The notes under the pieces were generated by a model. It ran no database searches and was not told the origin of the DNA. It saw nothing but the letters and a program-made list of their open reading frames with translations. From Bigelowiella natans CCMP2755 (Eukaryota; Protista; Cercozoa), in assembly GCA_000320545.1 (NCBI GenBank), contig ADNK01000770.1:45030-109029 (forward strand): a stretch of 64,000 nucleotides of DNA, given 5' to 3'. Below are positions 38,228 to 50,899 of the stretch, in pieces. The position numbers and the translations under genes were made by a program. How positions within the stretch are numbered: the stretch's first letter is position 1; each line of letters begins with the position of its first letter.

Positions 38228-40127
38228 AATGATGATAATAATGATGATAATGAGGATGATGATAATGAAGAGCTTTCAAATCATCGTCGGCACAATAGGC
38301 ACTACTACTACTACTACTACTACTACTACCAGCTCTTGCCGTGCAACGGCCACCATCTCCCGAATACATTCCTAGACAAGGAGTAAGATATAGTTGAACA
38401 TGAGGGAGAAGGAAGAGAGGAGGACTACGGGAAAACAACATAACACCCCGTGAATCTCGGAAAAACTCTCGAAATAAATTAGTGTGGGAAAGTAGCTCAA
38501 ACACACCACCCGGAACACAACGGTCAGCACACTCACTGAAACCACCTTCATTGGATCTGGCGTCTTTCCCGATAGCAAAGAGGCGTAGAACTCTTCCGGG
38601 GAAAATCCAATCTAAGTGATGAGAGTGGTGGATGGTTGATCTTGGTGTTTGGTGATGATGCCGCCGTTTACTAGCACGACTACGAGGACGACGATGGTTG
38701 ACGATGATGGTGAGTGACCTGCTCATCAAGCATCTTTTTAGGAACGTAGGTCTGGTTTCGCGCAGCCAGAAAGCTGTGGTGGTATGTAGGTGGGTGGTGG
38801 TGAATTAATGTGGTGATATTTATCATCTTTTTCTCCTTATTATATTGACAGATAATGAGAGAGATATCAGTTGGTAGGACTCTCCCGGTAGTAACTAGCT
38901 CGCTATTCTGCCAGCTAATTCTTCATTTCTAGAATAATGGCTATCAGCGGCAACAATCGTCGTCGTCATCATCATCGTCCTCGTGATTTAGTAATAGAGA
39001 CAGTAGGAATACAACTTAAACTGCTATTGCGTAGTAGTAGTAGTAGTAGTAGTAGTGTAGTAGTATTAGTAGTACGGTGTCGCTCGGATCATAGTTGTCA
39101 AGCCGAGAAATCTTCCAGCATGAAGAGCAGCCTACATACACACACACATAATAAAGATGTGATGGGATCGTCGGCGGCATGATGACCGTGGTTATTGCGC
39201 TATTAATATTATCCACATATGCGCTGCTATCACATAATCCTATTGCGCTATTAATATTATCCACATATGCGCTGCTATCACATAATCCTCTCGCGAAGAA
39301 GAAGAAGAAGAAGTGCTTCAACGGTAGTAGTAGTAGTAGTAGTAGTAGTGTAGTAGATTGGCGATTGGCTGGTGGCTGTGTGACTGAAGTGTACACTAAG
39401 AAAGAACCTTGGCCGCATTGGGAAAGTCGCTCGCATGAATCGTTAAGGTGTGGAGTGCTAGCTCGAGCAGTCGGCCTTTACCAAAGTCATGATATTATAG
39501 GCGTGAAAAGCGTCATCAATCCCCAATGAACACCATCATCATCAACATCATTATCGTCGTCATCGTCGTCATTTGATTATTCAAAGGTAAAAAACACAAG
39601 CTTCGCTGCCTGCAAATAATCTCACTTCCAATTGCTTATAAAATCTCCTCTTTTTCTGCACCATCCACTAAGTACTACTATCAGCAGTTAATACTTACAA
39701 CGATGATATCTGGACTTATTGCTACCATTTCTTCTTCTTCTTCTTCTTCTTCTTCTTCTTCTACTACTACTACTACTGACCTTGAGTCATATCGGAATAC
39801 TTCAGCTGCATTTGGTAACAACGTCAGATATTAGAGTATTATTTCCACAGCGGGGTTTAACATAGAGGAGTAACGAAGAATACTCTATCGCTCTCTTTTT
39901 CCTTAATAATTTTCTTCCATTTTATTCGTGAAGAGGCTCACCAAGAATCGCTCGCAAAAAAGCAGCAGGAGCAGCGGGAACAGCACTCATTATATAACAT
40001 GATGTAGTCGCCGTCGCCACCACCACCACCATTACCAGATCTTCCATCGTTTCCATCGCCCCCACCACCAGATCCTCGTCTCTTGCGTCCAGTATATCCA
40101 TAAAAAGCTCTCTGCTCATCGTTCAGA

Positions 40128-40165
<38 letters not shown>

Positions 40166-40239
40166 CCACGTGGGTGCAATCATCATTCGCGCATAAACTT
40201 GTGTGTATGTCCTTGTGTGTATGCATGCATGCATGCATG

Positions 40240-40280
<41 letters not shown>

Positions 40281-41332
40281 ACGTGCGATTTAGTATAGGA
40301 TATATACACACATATACACACATATATACATATTATATATATATTTATATATATATACATATGTGTGCGATGTAAATGAATTGATAATGCTAGTACTTTG
40401 GTAGGTAGTGTCTGTGCAAGAGAACATAGATCATTGCTAGAACCTACTCAGTAGCAAGTAAGTAAATTAGACGAGGATTCAAGAGAAACGACGTACGCTG
40501 ATTCATGTATTCTCTTGATCTATCATAATGTTGTTCAAATGCTTAAATGATGTCTTCTCCTCTCACTGGCTGCTTGAGACTATCGCCTGGAGTGCCACTA
40601 TATATATCCTCTGTGAATACAACATAGAGTACCAATGCAAAGTCAGGATGACGATTCTGTAATGGCGCACATACGACGAGTGTCTAATCTGACCAACATT
40701 GTCGCAAGAAAGAGCGATGATGCGACAGACAACTGGGCAGCAGTAACTATCACAAAAGCACGCCAATGTCGCAGGACAAGAATCACCAGCGTGTAAGAAA
40801 GTACTACAAGGCCCTCTTCAGGTCAGCTGAAAGATCGGTATGCATGGAATATTCTCATACCTAGGCTGTCTCTCCACCATTGCAGCCGTATTGCAGCTAA
40901 CGATTTATTCGAAAATAATGAGATGACTGTTTGGCCTTACATCTGCTGCTGGATATAGTAGTTACACTGCTGGCAAGCCTTCCGAGCAACAAGCACATTA
41001 CCCACCGCCACCACCACCACCAACCCCACCTGTGGTCTCATTTGTTGTGCTTTCTCGAACGGTTGCTGTTTCTATGTTGAATGCCTAATATAAATGGTGA
41101 GAGTTTACGAATGAAGTAAGTTGGAGCACAACAGCTGTATGTAGTCTTTACAACAAATAGAGGTAAATTCCAATCTGAGGAAAGGTATAATTGGGCAGCA
41201 AGATTACGGTAGGAGTACTGACAACTGCAAGAGTCTCAGGGAGCTCTTATTACCCTCAAAGTCATCAATGGGGCCCAAGTCCCCTCTGGAGCTGGAAAAT
41301 GTAAATAAAGAAATAACACTATATATGATGAT

Positions 41333-41366
<34 letters not shown>

Positions 41367-41814
41367 CGATTTTAAAGTGGAAGAACGACATCGATGCGAG
41401 CCAGATATTCGAATTTTACCTAGCATGGCGCAGAGATATTGATCTTCTTCGTGCCGTCTGGGGATCCGTATATGCAATGCAATAAGGGGCGATATAATAG
41501 CAGTCTCTCTATTCGTTAACGCCGTAAAGATAAGGCAGAAAACTTAGAATTACCGGACGAGCGATTCACAATACTGAAGGGAGTTCTTCATATCCTCCTT
41601 TTTGAGTCTCCTCACAGCATTGTCTGACATAAATGCTGCGCCCCTCGGGATGGAATGTGGCAACACCCCCCTTTGAGCCCGAGCGCCGCGAAACCACGAA
41701 GCGAGCCATCGTGTTCCCTGAGGCGAAATCGATCAAAAACGCGCACAGGAGGAGACTAAAATACTATAGAGGAAATGGGGGGGTAAGCTGTACAACCTTC
41801 CCTCCGAGCATCAT
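37456..41814 (-). CDS. NDUFAF6: NDUFAF6-like complex I assembly factor (squalene/phytoene synthase fold), multi-exon
   Basis: YCESLVRRHEEDQYLC, LRAFNIETA, IRLQWWRD, MDILDARDEDL, AALHAGRFLGLTTMIRAT, YIERLQANDYE and C-terminal WRGNY*; 5' presequence exons inferred. Confidence 0.87.
39193..39288. repeat. Perfect 48-bp tandem duplication (intronic)
   Basis: 39193-39240 is identical to 39241-39288. Confidence 0.95.
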
Positions 41815-41977
41815 TCTCTATGGCAGGAGGCAGCCTACGATGACACGGCCTTATCTATGGTAGGGGGCAGCCCACGATGACGGTCGGATCTGGACTGTCG
41901 ACGACCGTCTGTTCTCGTATCTCCACTAACGACTTTCTTGCATGTCGCAGCACAAGAATACCATGGAATTCGGAAAA

Positions 41978-42700
41978 CTAGACATCCCAGCAGATTTTCT
42001 TATCGCGACATGTCCTGGACAACACTTTATTTAATATTCGCATCACCGGATACCGGATACCCTCAAATTCGAATGCAGATTCATAGGTGAATACGACGCT
42101 GATTTTGTTGTCGCAGGGTCCAAATCCATCACATTTCCGCTTTTCGGTAACGGGCGTTTCCTTCTCGTTTCCCTCGGGCAGCGCTCCCCCCCTGTGCGAT
42201 GGTACTCGAATGAACTCCATCCGCATTTTAAATTCTTAACTATGAAGCTTTTTTATGGGGATGTTAGACTTAAATCGAACAAATTTAGCGAAGACTTCCA
42301 TCGAATTCATTGTTGCGGTGTTGCAACATGGACACAGCGTCCTCAAAAAGAATGGGATTGGAACGGGTGGCGGTTGCGAAATTTTGATATAAACATTCGA
42401 AATTATACCGCCAAGATTCTTATGGCACCAAAATTGACAAGCAGGAAGTAACACCACGTTTTACTTAGATGGAAAGGAGTCATGATAGACCATGGTGTGG
42501 AACTACAAGACCTTGCACATCGTTCGGGTACCATTATATTTTCCTCGAGATCTTGTCTTGTCGAACGGGAAGTAACGAAGCCTCGCATTCCCTACACGCC
42601 AACTTAGATTTTCTGGGGATCAGAAGCTACATCACGTCAAAAATACTATATGGGATGGGACATACAGGGTACTCATTTCAAGATCATTCAGTTTTGTATT
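41978..42700 (-). mobile_element. Possible degraded retroelement fragment (RNase H-like motifs)
   Basis: MEFIRVPSHRGGALPEGNEK and TLYVPSH resemble the RNase H 'WVPSH.G..GNE' motif; many stops; no RT seen. Confidence 0.35.
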
Positions 42701-43149
42701 TGTGGTCCAGCGCCACGAGGTTATTAATCACACACAGTGTCCACTAAAACGGTCATAATCAACCTTCATAGGGTCAGCAAAATTACAATCCCAAATCGAG
42801 CTTCAGCTCCAAAGCGAAGAGTCCTAAACTCCACAAACCGCTCCAGAGAATGTAAGTTCGAATATCTAATGTTTGATAACGTGTGCCCACTCAATCACTT
42901 CTTCTGTGGTGTCAGGGAATCGAGTGTTTCTGTGGTAGAGCTTGAACGTGATCGACGGAAGCGTTGGTAATGCATTTCCATGTTCTTTTAGCTACATTTT
43001 GCAGCCCAGTACCATTCTCTCATTGAATTCGCAGGTCTGTCAACGCTGGATACAAGACTCTTCTCACATGTGGAGAGGTGATCCTGTCAAACGTTCGCGA
43101 ATTTTCTTCAATCTAAATGAAACTCTAAATTCCAGGACGACACCAGAAC

Positions 43150-44128
43150 ACCTGCACATGAGAGGAATGCTAAAGAATGGAGTCGAGGCTTCAGGTTTAA
43201 CGTAAATGTAGCAAAGCAGAGAAATTAGTTCGTGCCTGAGATTGAACAGCTAGCACTGGATCCAGTCTAGTTGATTGGAATCAATTGCCGACCTTCTTAG
43301 TCCTATTTTCACTGCGTATATACAAACGTTCTATCAACAAATATTCAGATACTACAAAAGAAATGCAGGCGGGAAAAGTCTAAATCTTTGGAACGATGTG
43401 TATCACACACCAGCGACCGGGGTGAATACTGCTTCCGCGCTGTCCGTCTATTTGTTTTATCCTGAAGCTCTGATGTTACTTAGGTTTGGAGAACTCTGCC
43501 ACGAAACATACAAAACATTGAGGAGAAGGAACGCGCAGACAAAGCATATGCCTCGATGCTCCGGAAAATGTCAGTCATGAATCGTAACTAGCTCTCAGCA
43601 TACGAAATTGCTAGCAAACAATGTGCCAATATTGCTATTTCTACCATTCTGATCAGTCATCAAGAGGATCTTCTACATAAACGCAAAAAGACGCTCCAGA
43701 AGGTTTGAAAACTATGCATGTAAATACTAATTCTTGTTCCTGCATATTCCAATGTTCATAATATGAATATGACGTAGTTTCAGGCTGTGCACAATTTCGT
43801 AATATGTCATTGAATACTTACTTCCTCAAGTTTCAACAAATATCCCCGTGCAGTTTTATGATGCAAAGCTCCAACGGGTCATCTTAGAGGAAAAGGCAGG
43901 AATGCTACCAGGTTAAGTTGAGGACGACTAGATATTATTCGCATGTATTTTGATCTTTATGATGTGTGAGTCAGTGTATCTTCCTTCTAACTGCGACGAA
44001 TGCGATTGATCCTTTGAACAAATCAGAACAGTACAAGGGATACGTAGAGAAACCTACATACTCTGGAGGAGACCGAAATGTACTAGAGATTCCTCGTCGT
44101 ATCAAGATGAACAATACTTATGCCTACC

Positions 44129-44169
<41 letters not shown>

Positions 44170-44354
44170 ATTTCTCCTTCCCTCTATTTGACAGATAATA
44201 TCACCTCATGATGGAACCCCTATCTTGAAAAAAACGTTGAAGTTCTACGGTCAAACGAGTAAGAAGAATCTCTGGGATAATGTCGAACGGTTGGAGGATC
44301 GCCAATTGCGATGGAAGATATCAGCAGATGCAGATCTAGCTGCGATGAAGGTGC

Positions 44355-44404
<50 letters not shown>

Positions 44405-45100
44405 CGCGCGCGCACACGCGCGTATGGTTTCAATGATTTCGACTTGTTCATTTCATCCCTTTCTTTTGACATTTTTACTCGCGCGATCAATCTCCTAGTT
44501 TAGATCTGTAATAATCACATGCTGCTTCTATATTTATCTACAGGCCATTGAGAAGAAAGTGGTGAGAGCTCACCAGCTAGAGCTGCTGGTAGGCTATGCT
44601 GTCATCTCCTTGACGTGTAGAATGACACATATCTTTATCTTGTATCTTCTCACAGCAAAACGATGCGAGAAGGCAAAGCATAAACAAAACTCGAGAAAAG
44701 TTCAGAGCATCAAGAGAGGTTCATTTTAGCCGTGATGACAACTTGCTGCTGTATCCTACATCTTGGTTTTTCATGACAACTCGTATTATACCACACATCA
44801 CATTAGGAGAACCTCAAGGCTCAACTCTCAATATCATCTCCTGTACGTCGGTGCCCAAAAAGAGAACAGTGACTTGCCCCCATCATTCCTTCTGATACTG
44901 ACTAATACATCGTGGCTCCACAACGCAGAAAACGCTAAGGCTCTTACGAGAAGGGCTTCCTCGCCCGATGAAGCACAGCTCTTCTGCAGACTATTTAGCA
45001 ACCACGAAACAGAGGTCCATGATTGGCAATTCCTGTTGTATTCAGCGCGGGCTGAAGAATGACTTGCTTCCACAATTTTTCTAGATTCGAGCATCCCCCG
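43150..45100 (+). CDS. Hypothetical multi-exon, charged/coiled-coil-like protein; ends uncertain
   Basis: Series of AG/GT-bounded open exons (VWRTLPRNIQNIEEKERADK, FYDAKLQRVILEEK, EQYKGYVEKP, LWDNVERLEDRQLRWK, AIEKKVVRAHQLELL); no family recognised. Confidence 0.5.
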
Positions 45101-46749
45101 CATATTCCGTTATCACACACGGATTATAAGGACTTATATGGTAATGCCATTTTTGGAAAAATAGCCGCGGTCGTCATGTGGATTGTACGTTAAGATGCAG
45201 AATGCTAATAATGTGATTATTTCCCCCAAATTAATTGAAATGAGAGAATGTGAGAAAACGAACATATTCACAGAGACGGGGGGAGGGAGGGGGCACGGAA
45301 AAGAGGCTGTAGATTAAGCAACTAAACCTTTTTAAAGTTGTCCAAGATGAGGAGCACGGGATTGGCAGAAGAAAACACATGAGAACTCTAACGGTAGCTG
45401 CATTGCAAATAAGTGCAAGAAGCTCACAGCTGATTTATCGAGTGTATTTACGTATTAGTATGCAGAGAAAAGAGACAGGATGGCCTTGGAGCTTTCACGG
45501 ACTGGTATTCTCTTCTCCTTCTAGGACCTCTCTCATCGTTATTTACTGAGTCACTGATGCACATTCAAACATCCAGGCAATCTGATCGGATCAAGGAGAC
45601 CAAGTGGAAGTTCAATTCGGAGTACAAGTATTTCATGCACCGCAAATAATAATGCTCGATGTTCTCCGACTAATATCAAATTCCTATACCAGCTGCCCCG
45701 TTGAGATTTTCACGTGGCGGAAGAGCAGCAAAGAGAGCAAACGCGCTAAGGTACAGTTGAGAAACTAACTTCTATTCCTACATTGCATTGGTCACATGTG
45801 TTTCCATTTACATTATGAAGCGAAATCGAAGCGTTCGAAAAGAGTGGGAGCCCATGTCCGGATAACAATGTTTATTGCACTGGTATTGTGGCTATGTATA
45901 TTGCAGTACATCATGCGCGAACGATTACTTAGTTTGAATCATCTAACTATCTAATGTGGGCGATTCATAAGATTGATCTGATTTTTTTCCCATCAGATTA
46001 TTTGGACGTTTCAAGAGACCAGTTTTCGCGTCCTGAATGAAAAGAATGGCTTGCATGACATCCAAAGAGCGTGTAGCATCGCTGTGAAAACATGCATGCA
46101 AACATTAAATGTAGTGATATACCTCATTGTACATCTACAATGCACATTTGTGATTACATGATGCGCAGAGCAATGAAACCAAGCATCACGCTAGGACTGG
46201 CTTTGTGCGCACAGCATGGCCCTGCTTACATGCTAGCCTGGATTTGATCAGCTTTCTCGCTTTCATTCACTCGCGAAATTCACAACTACAATTACTCACA
46301 ACATCACCAGCTTCATTTGTAACAGCGACTGGGCCTCGCCCACATGTATGCTCGTGTGCACGCTAAGATGCATATGCATGTATTTAAGGTGCGTGGCTAC
46401 TACCCCATTCGTGCTCAGTTCGATTTATACATGCAGTAGTCGTTATCCCGGCAGCCTTTGATTTATTTACCATGCAACCAAGCAAATATAACCACAATGA
46501 AAAGTCTCATAGTGCGTTTGCAAACCCAACACATATAGATAGTTGCAGTTCGCTTTTGCATTTGTTGATCATATAGTCAAATAAGTAGATTTAGGTTGAT
46601 TTCGTGCCAACACGCTTATTAGAAGGATCTTGCAGCAATTATAAGGATTTACTTGATATTAAATATAGAAATTCATTTTGTTTTGTTGTATCTAAAGTTT
46701 CCCTACTTGCATCCTCGTGACAAAATCAATTTTAAGTTATAGGTAGAAT

Positions 46750-48216
46750 TCAATCCTCTGCTTCATCGTAATTTCCATCTGAAAGAGTTCCCACATAGCG
46801 GAATCTATCTTGCTGAGCCTGCATGTGAACCGCCCGTAGATCACGATGATGCTCCTGGCTATCAGCTTGCGCATGGATTTCACTGACGATTTCAACGAAG
46901 CTTCTTAACGTAGGAAGTGTGTAGTTATTATTATCCGTATTAGGAGAGAGCGGAAGTAGGGTGTTTACATGGCTGCTGATTGGTGATGATGAGGCATTAT
47001 TTGTAAAGATTGCGGCCATCGTCGCCATGGTTATGTTGTTGCTGCCGCTGCTTTCGAGCGGTGTATGCTGCATATCAGCTTCCATGCTCGAGAGATATTC
47101 TTCATCAGGGGGTAGGAAGGTGGTGGTGGCATTATTGTTGTCGTCGTCACTGCTGCTGCGGCTAGAGAGCTGAATCCATTCTTCCGAGAGATAATGCTCA
47201 AGCCCCTTCTGTTGGACGGCACTTAATACATCCGCATAGTTCTGGACAATGTGATCCACAGAATCCCCAATCGATTTGAAAAACGTGTTATAATCATAGC
47301 TGTGAGTGTTAACCTCAAGGAACTTTTCAGTGCGTTCCATGCAGGCAGGCATGTCTTTAATGCAATCATCGTATTCCAGATTAAGCACCTCCACATCCAG
47401 AGACTCTAGCTTGCTCTTGACGTATTTTCGGTGTTGCACGCGGCGGAGAAGTTCCCACGCTACATTTTCCGGCTTCTCAAATGTGACAAGTTGTCTTTGC
47501 ATTAATGTGGAGGCGTCCTTCTGATTCTTCACGTGGAAGATTCCGCTTTTGGCTGCAACGCGACGGGATACGAGCTCGTCCACGATGTTCCGTCTAAAGT
47601 AGATGATCTTTGGCCGCATCTCCTTGATGGCCTTCCATACTGATGGGGGGGGGAAGGAGGAGTGGTGGACCGACGACGATGACGACGACGATGATGATGA
47701 TGAGGACGAGGAGGCGGAAGAAGATAATTCTTGAACAGTTTCATTATCATCAGTCTCACGGCTGTCCATGTTGAGATTCATCGGACCCATAAATGTATTT
47801 CCGATCCAGTCGGTCATGATGCGTGAGCCAACGACCTGAGTTGTCTTCGGGCACTGGCAAGCCCATGCCTCACTATCCGCCTGCAGGACTTTGTGGAAGT
47901 ACTCAGTAAAAAGAGATTCTTTGTTATCGATAAATCCCGCACTGTATTCTTTCGCCCACTGACACAGCTTGGGGATGATGACGCTCAATGCCCTGAGCTG
48001 CTGCAGGCACTACGGTATTGGATTTGTTACACCACGCTACCTCATTTGTTTTCACGACGGGGAGCCAGCGGTTAATGAAAGTCCAATAGCATCCCATGCG
48101 CATCTTCTCCCTGTGGGTTTTGAAGAACGTCATAGCCTTGTCATATGGTAGGAAAATGTCGCGAGGGAATCCAATGCGGCCACCTAGGGAAGAGAGGTGA
48201 GTATAATTTGTGTACT

Positions 48217-48265
<49 letters not shown>

Positions 48266-49848
48266 TACTATCATTCCAAAAATATACTACAACTACTACT
48301 ACTACTACTACTACTTTCGCTGGTTGATGTCCCGGTAGCGCACACGAGTGGATTCTGATCCAGGACGCTCATGTACCATTCCGAACCAGCTCGAGGCTCC
48401 GAGAGAACGAGGAAGGAGCCCTTGAGGTCCAGCTTCTGCTTTACAGTTATTGGATCTTCTAACAGTAATTTATACTCCGAGAACCTAACATTTGCCATGG
48501 TCTTCTCGTATGGTATGGCAAAGATGGGGTCTGCTTCTGGATACCAAGGCTTCAGCCACCCATCATAATGCAGCACGAAACCCGATGTAATGTAGCTAGT
48601 GTTGAGGCCATTGAATTGGAACTCTGGGTACGTAATATATCCGAACCCGTCGCGTATGTTAATCTTTGGCTCTGTGATGTCGTCCCAGCATTGCACGCGA
48701 TCATAGTAGGCAAGAAATGGGATCCCAAGCCCGTACATGAGAGAGGTCTCTGGGAAAATATGGTCATCATAGTTTGCCCTCATCCATTTCTCGTACGTGT
48801 CGGTCAGTCCAATCTTCTTCCATTTTTCGAGATCAAACAGGACAAATCCAAAGTTCCATTCCGGCTGCGATTCAGGCTCGAAGGGCTTGCCATTGATTTG
48901 AATGCTGCGTTTATGGAGGTTTTCCCAGTGGCTAGAGCCGACACACCATGCGTTTCGGTTTGCTCCACAGAAGGTTTCCTCGATGTCGCGACCAACTTGA
49001 GCTAGAGCTGAAGACTTGGCGTAGCTTGAATCCTTACCACTGTACTCGAAAGTAGAGGTAGCATCTCCCCACTTCCAGATCTCACAGGCTCCGGCTAAGA
49101 CCTTTCCATCGGTAAGATTAGCTTTGGCGTCCCATGCTTGCTGAACATCTCCTTGAATGATCAGATCATCATCCATGAAGAGAATACGATCGAGTTTCGA
49201 GAACTCTTTGATGTATGGAATGTAGAAGCGGAGGTGGTTGAGTGGGTGCATGTGCATCGTAGAGTGGTCCCAAACCCCGGGAAGAGCTGTATTTTCGTTC
49301 ACCCATGCAGGATCCCAGTTGGCATTTCCATCTCTCACACTCGAGTTATATACGTCCCAAGTCCAAACGGGCTCGTACCCAGTTCTCAGTAAATTGTTTA
49401 CCACCTTATCTAGCTGGAGAGTATGAATCGTAATTCCAGTATCGTTCAAATACGCAGCAGCCTCGCCAACAGCTGTGGAATTATCAGTGACCACCCAGAT
49501 GTGTATTTTCTCTGGATCTGCAGCATTAAGAGCTGCACTCTTCAGTGTACATTTGAGTCCTTCCACTCGATCAGAAAACACACAGATGTGAATACTCCCA
49601 TCATTGTGTGCAATTTCATCCCAATGCTCAACTTTGTTTGCTTCAGGAATTCTCTTCGATTTCAACAGCTCCTCATGAGTTTTATCTCTCTCTTTCGTAA
49701 GAATAGGTCCATTATTCTTCAGCCCCTTCTTGGCTGTAGTAGTCTTGATCAAATCACTCTGCAGCGTATTGGAGGCCCCAGTTGTCCATGCAGCTTCCAC
49801 ATTTGAAACAAGAAAGAGGAGGGAGAGAATGGTTGCCCCAGGTATCAT
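46750..49848 (-). CDS. Secretory GT8 (GAUT-like) glycosyltransferase fused to a NodH/Stf0-like sulfotransferase, ~975 aa
   Basis: Signal peptide; NHLRFYIP, ILFMDDDLIIQGD, FGFVLFDLEKWK, VLHYDGWLKPW (GT8); FLVLSEPRAGSEW and IIYFRRNIVDELVS (sulfotransferase); intron 48184-48314 plus either a 40-nt intron 48001-48040 or a 1-nt frameshift near 47971. Confidence 0.85.
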
Positions 49849-50899
49849 CGCACAATATTTTGGAGCTTCCTTTTACCTCACACAACTTTCCTCTCTCTCT
49901 CGAAAGAGAACTCCTCTTTGTTTCCACGTTTCGGTAGAGTCTTTCGTCCCCCTCCTCTTCCTGCTGGTTGCTCGGCTCGCCGATAGGAAGGAAATTAGGG
50001 TTTTGCAACTTACACGTCGATAAAGGAAAAATAAGAGATGAGGATGATTTCCATACGCGACAAATCATCATGAGAGACGCAGATCCGAATTGCAAGGCTT
50101 TCGAATTATTTAGACCTTCGAAATCTCTCACAGATTTTTCGAATACCAATACCAACCTCGTGTGTACTTTCAAAACGAAATCGAAACAACACCGATGTAC
50201 GATGTCGACTATTTTTGTGGTACGACAGGTCACGTTAGACGTCGTTTCCCCCTTTGCCAATTCCGTTTGGTTCAAAGAGTTTATCCAACGGAGCCTTCGT
50301 AACTCCTCGACTGGATTATTATTATTATTTGATACGATCGAATCACGCATCTGTGACGTAGCAGCAGTCACTACCGGTTATCCCCGTTAGTAAGTACTTG
50401 TAGTGAAGTACAAAGGTGCACAACGAAAGTAGATCTCGTCGGCGTTGGTATTGTTAAAGTAGTTTCTATGGTTTGCCGTCGAATGAAAATGCAGCTGATT
50501 TATTCAAGAAAGATTCAGTTCCTTGAGATCCAGCTATTTCGAGCAGATAGCGGAAATATAGCTATGATGCTTTGTTACGACAATAAAAAATTGCTTGCAT
50601 ATCCGAAAATTAATGGTTTTTCTACGAGAGAACATCTCTATTTTTATATCTAAATACACCAACAACTCCCATAATTTTCTATTCCATGTGCACTGCAAGC
50701 TTTTGAAGCATCATTGCTGCTGAGAATCCCGAGCAATCATTTGGAACGACTGTGAGTTGGTGAAGTCGGAGTGGACAAAAATGATCGTATTTGTCTGGAG
50801 AAAGTACACATTAAATCTGAACATCGCACATTTTGTTCCGCCCCAAAGAACACAATCAGGAAAGCTGCGTACATCTCGACCCTGCTGCCCCCCTGCATC

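Noticed and set aside
39193-39288. 48-bp and 53-bp (53041-53146) direct repeats as CRISPR-like or regulatory arrays
   Set aside because: Only two adjacent units with no spacers; ordinary local duplications in eukaryotic non-coding DNA
31400-40400. Many short ORFs with poly-S/T/M/H or CV/YI runs
   Set aside because: Translations of intronic microsatellites in the TF and NDUFAF6 genes
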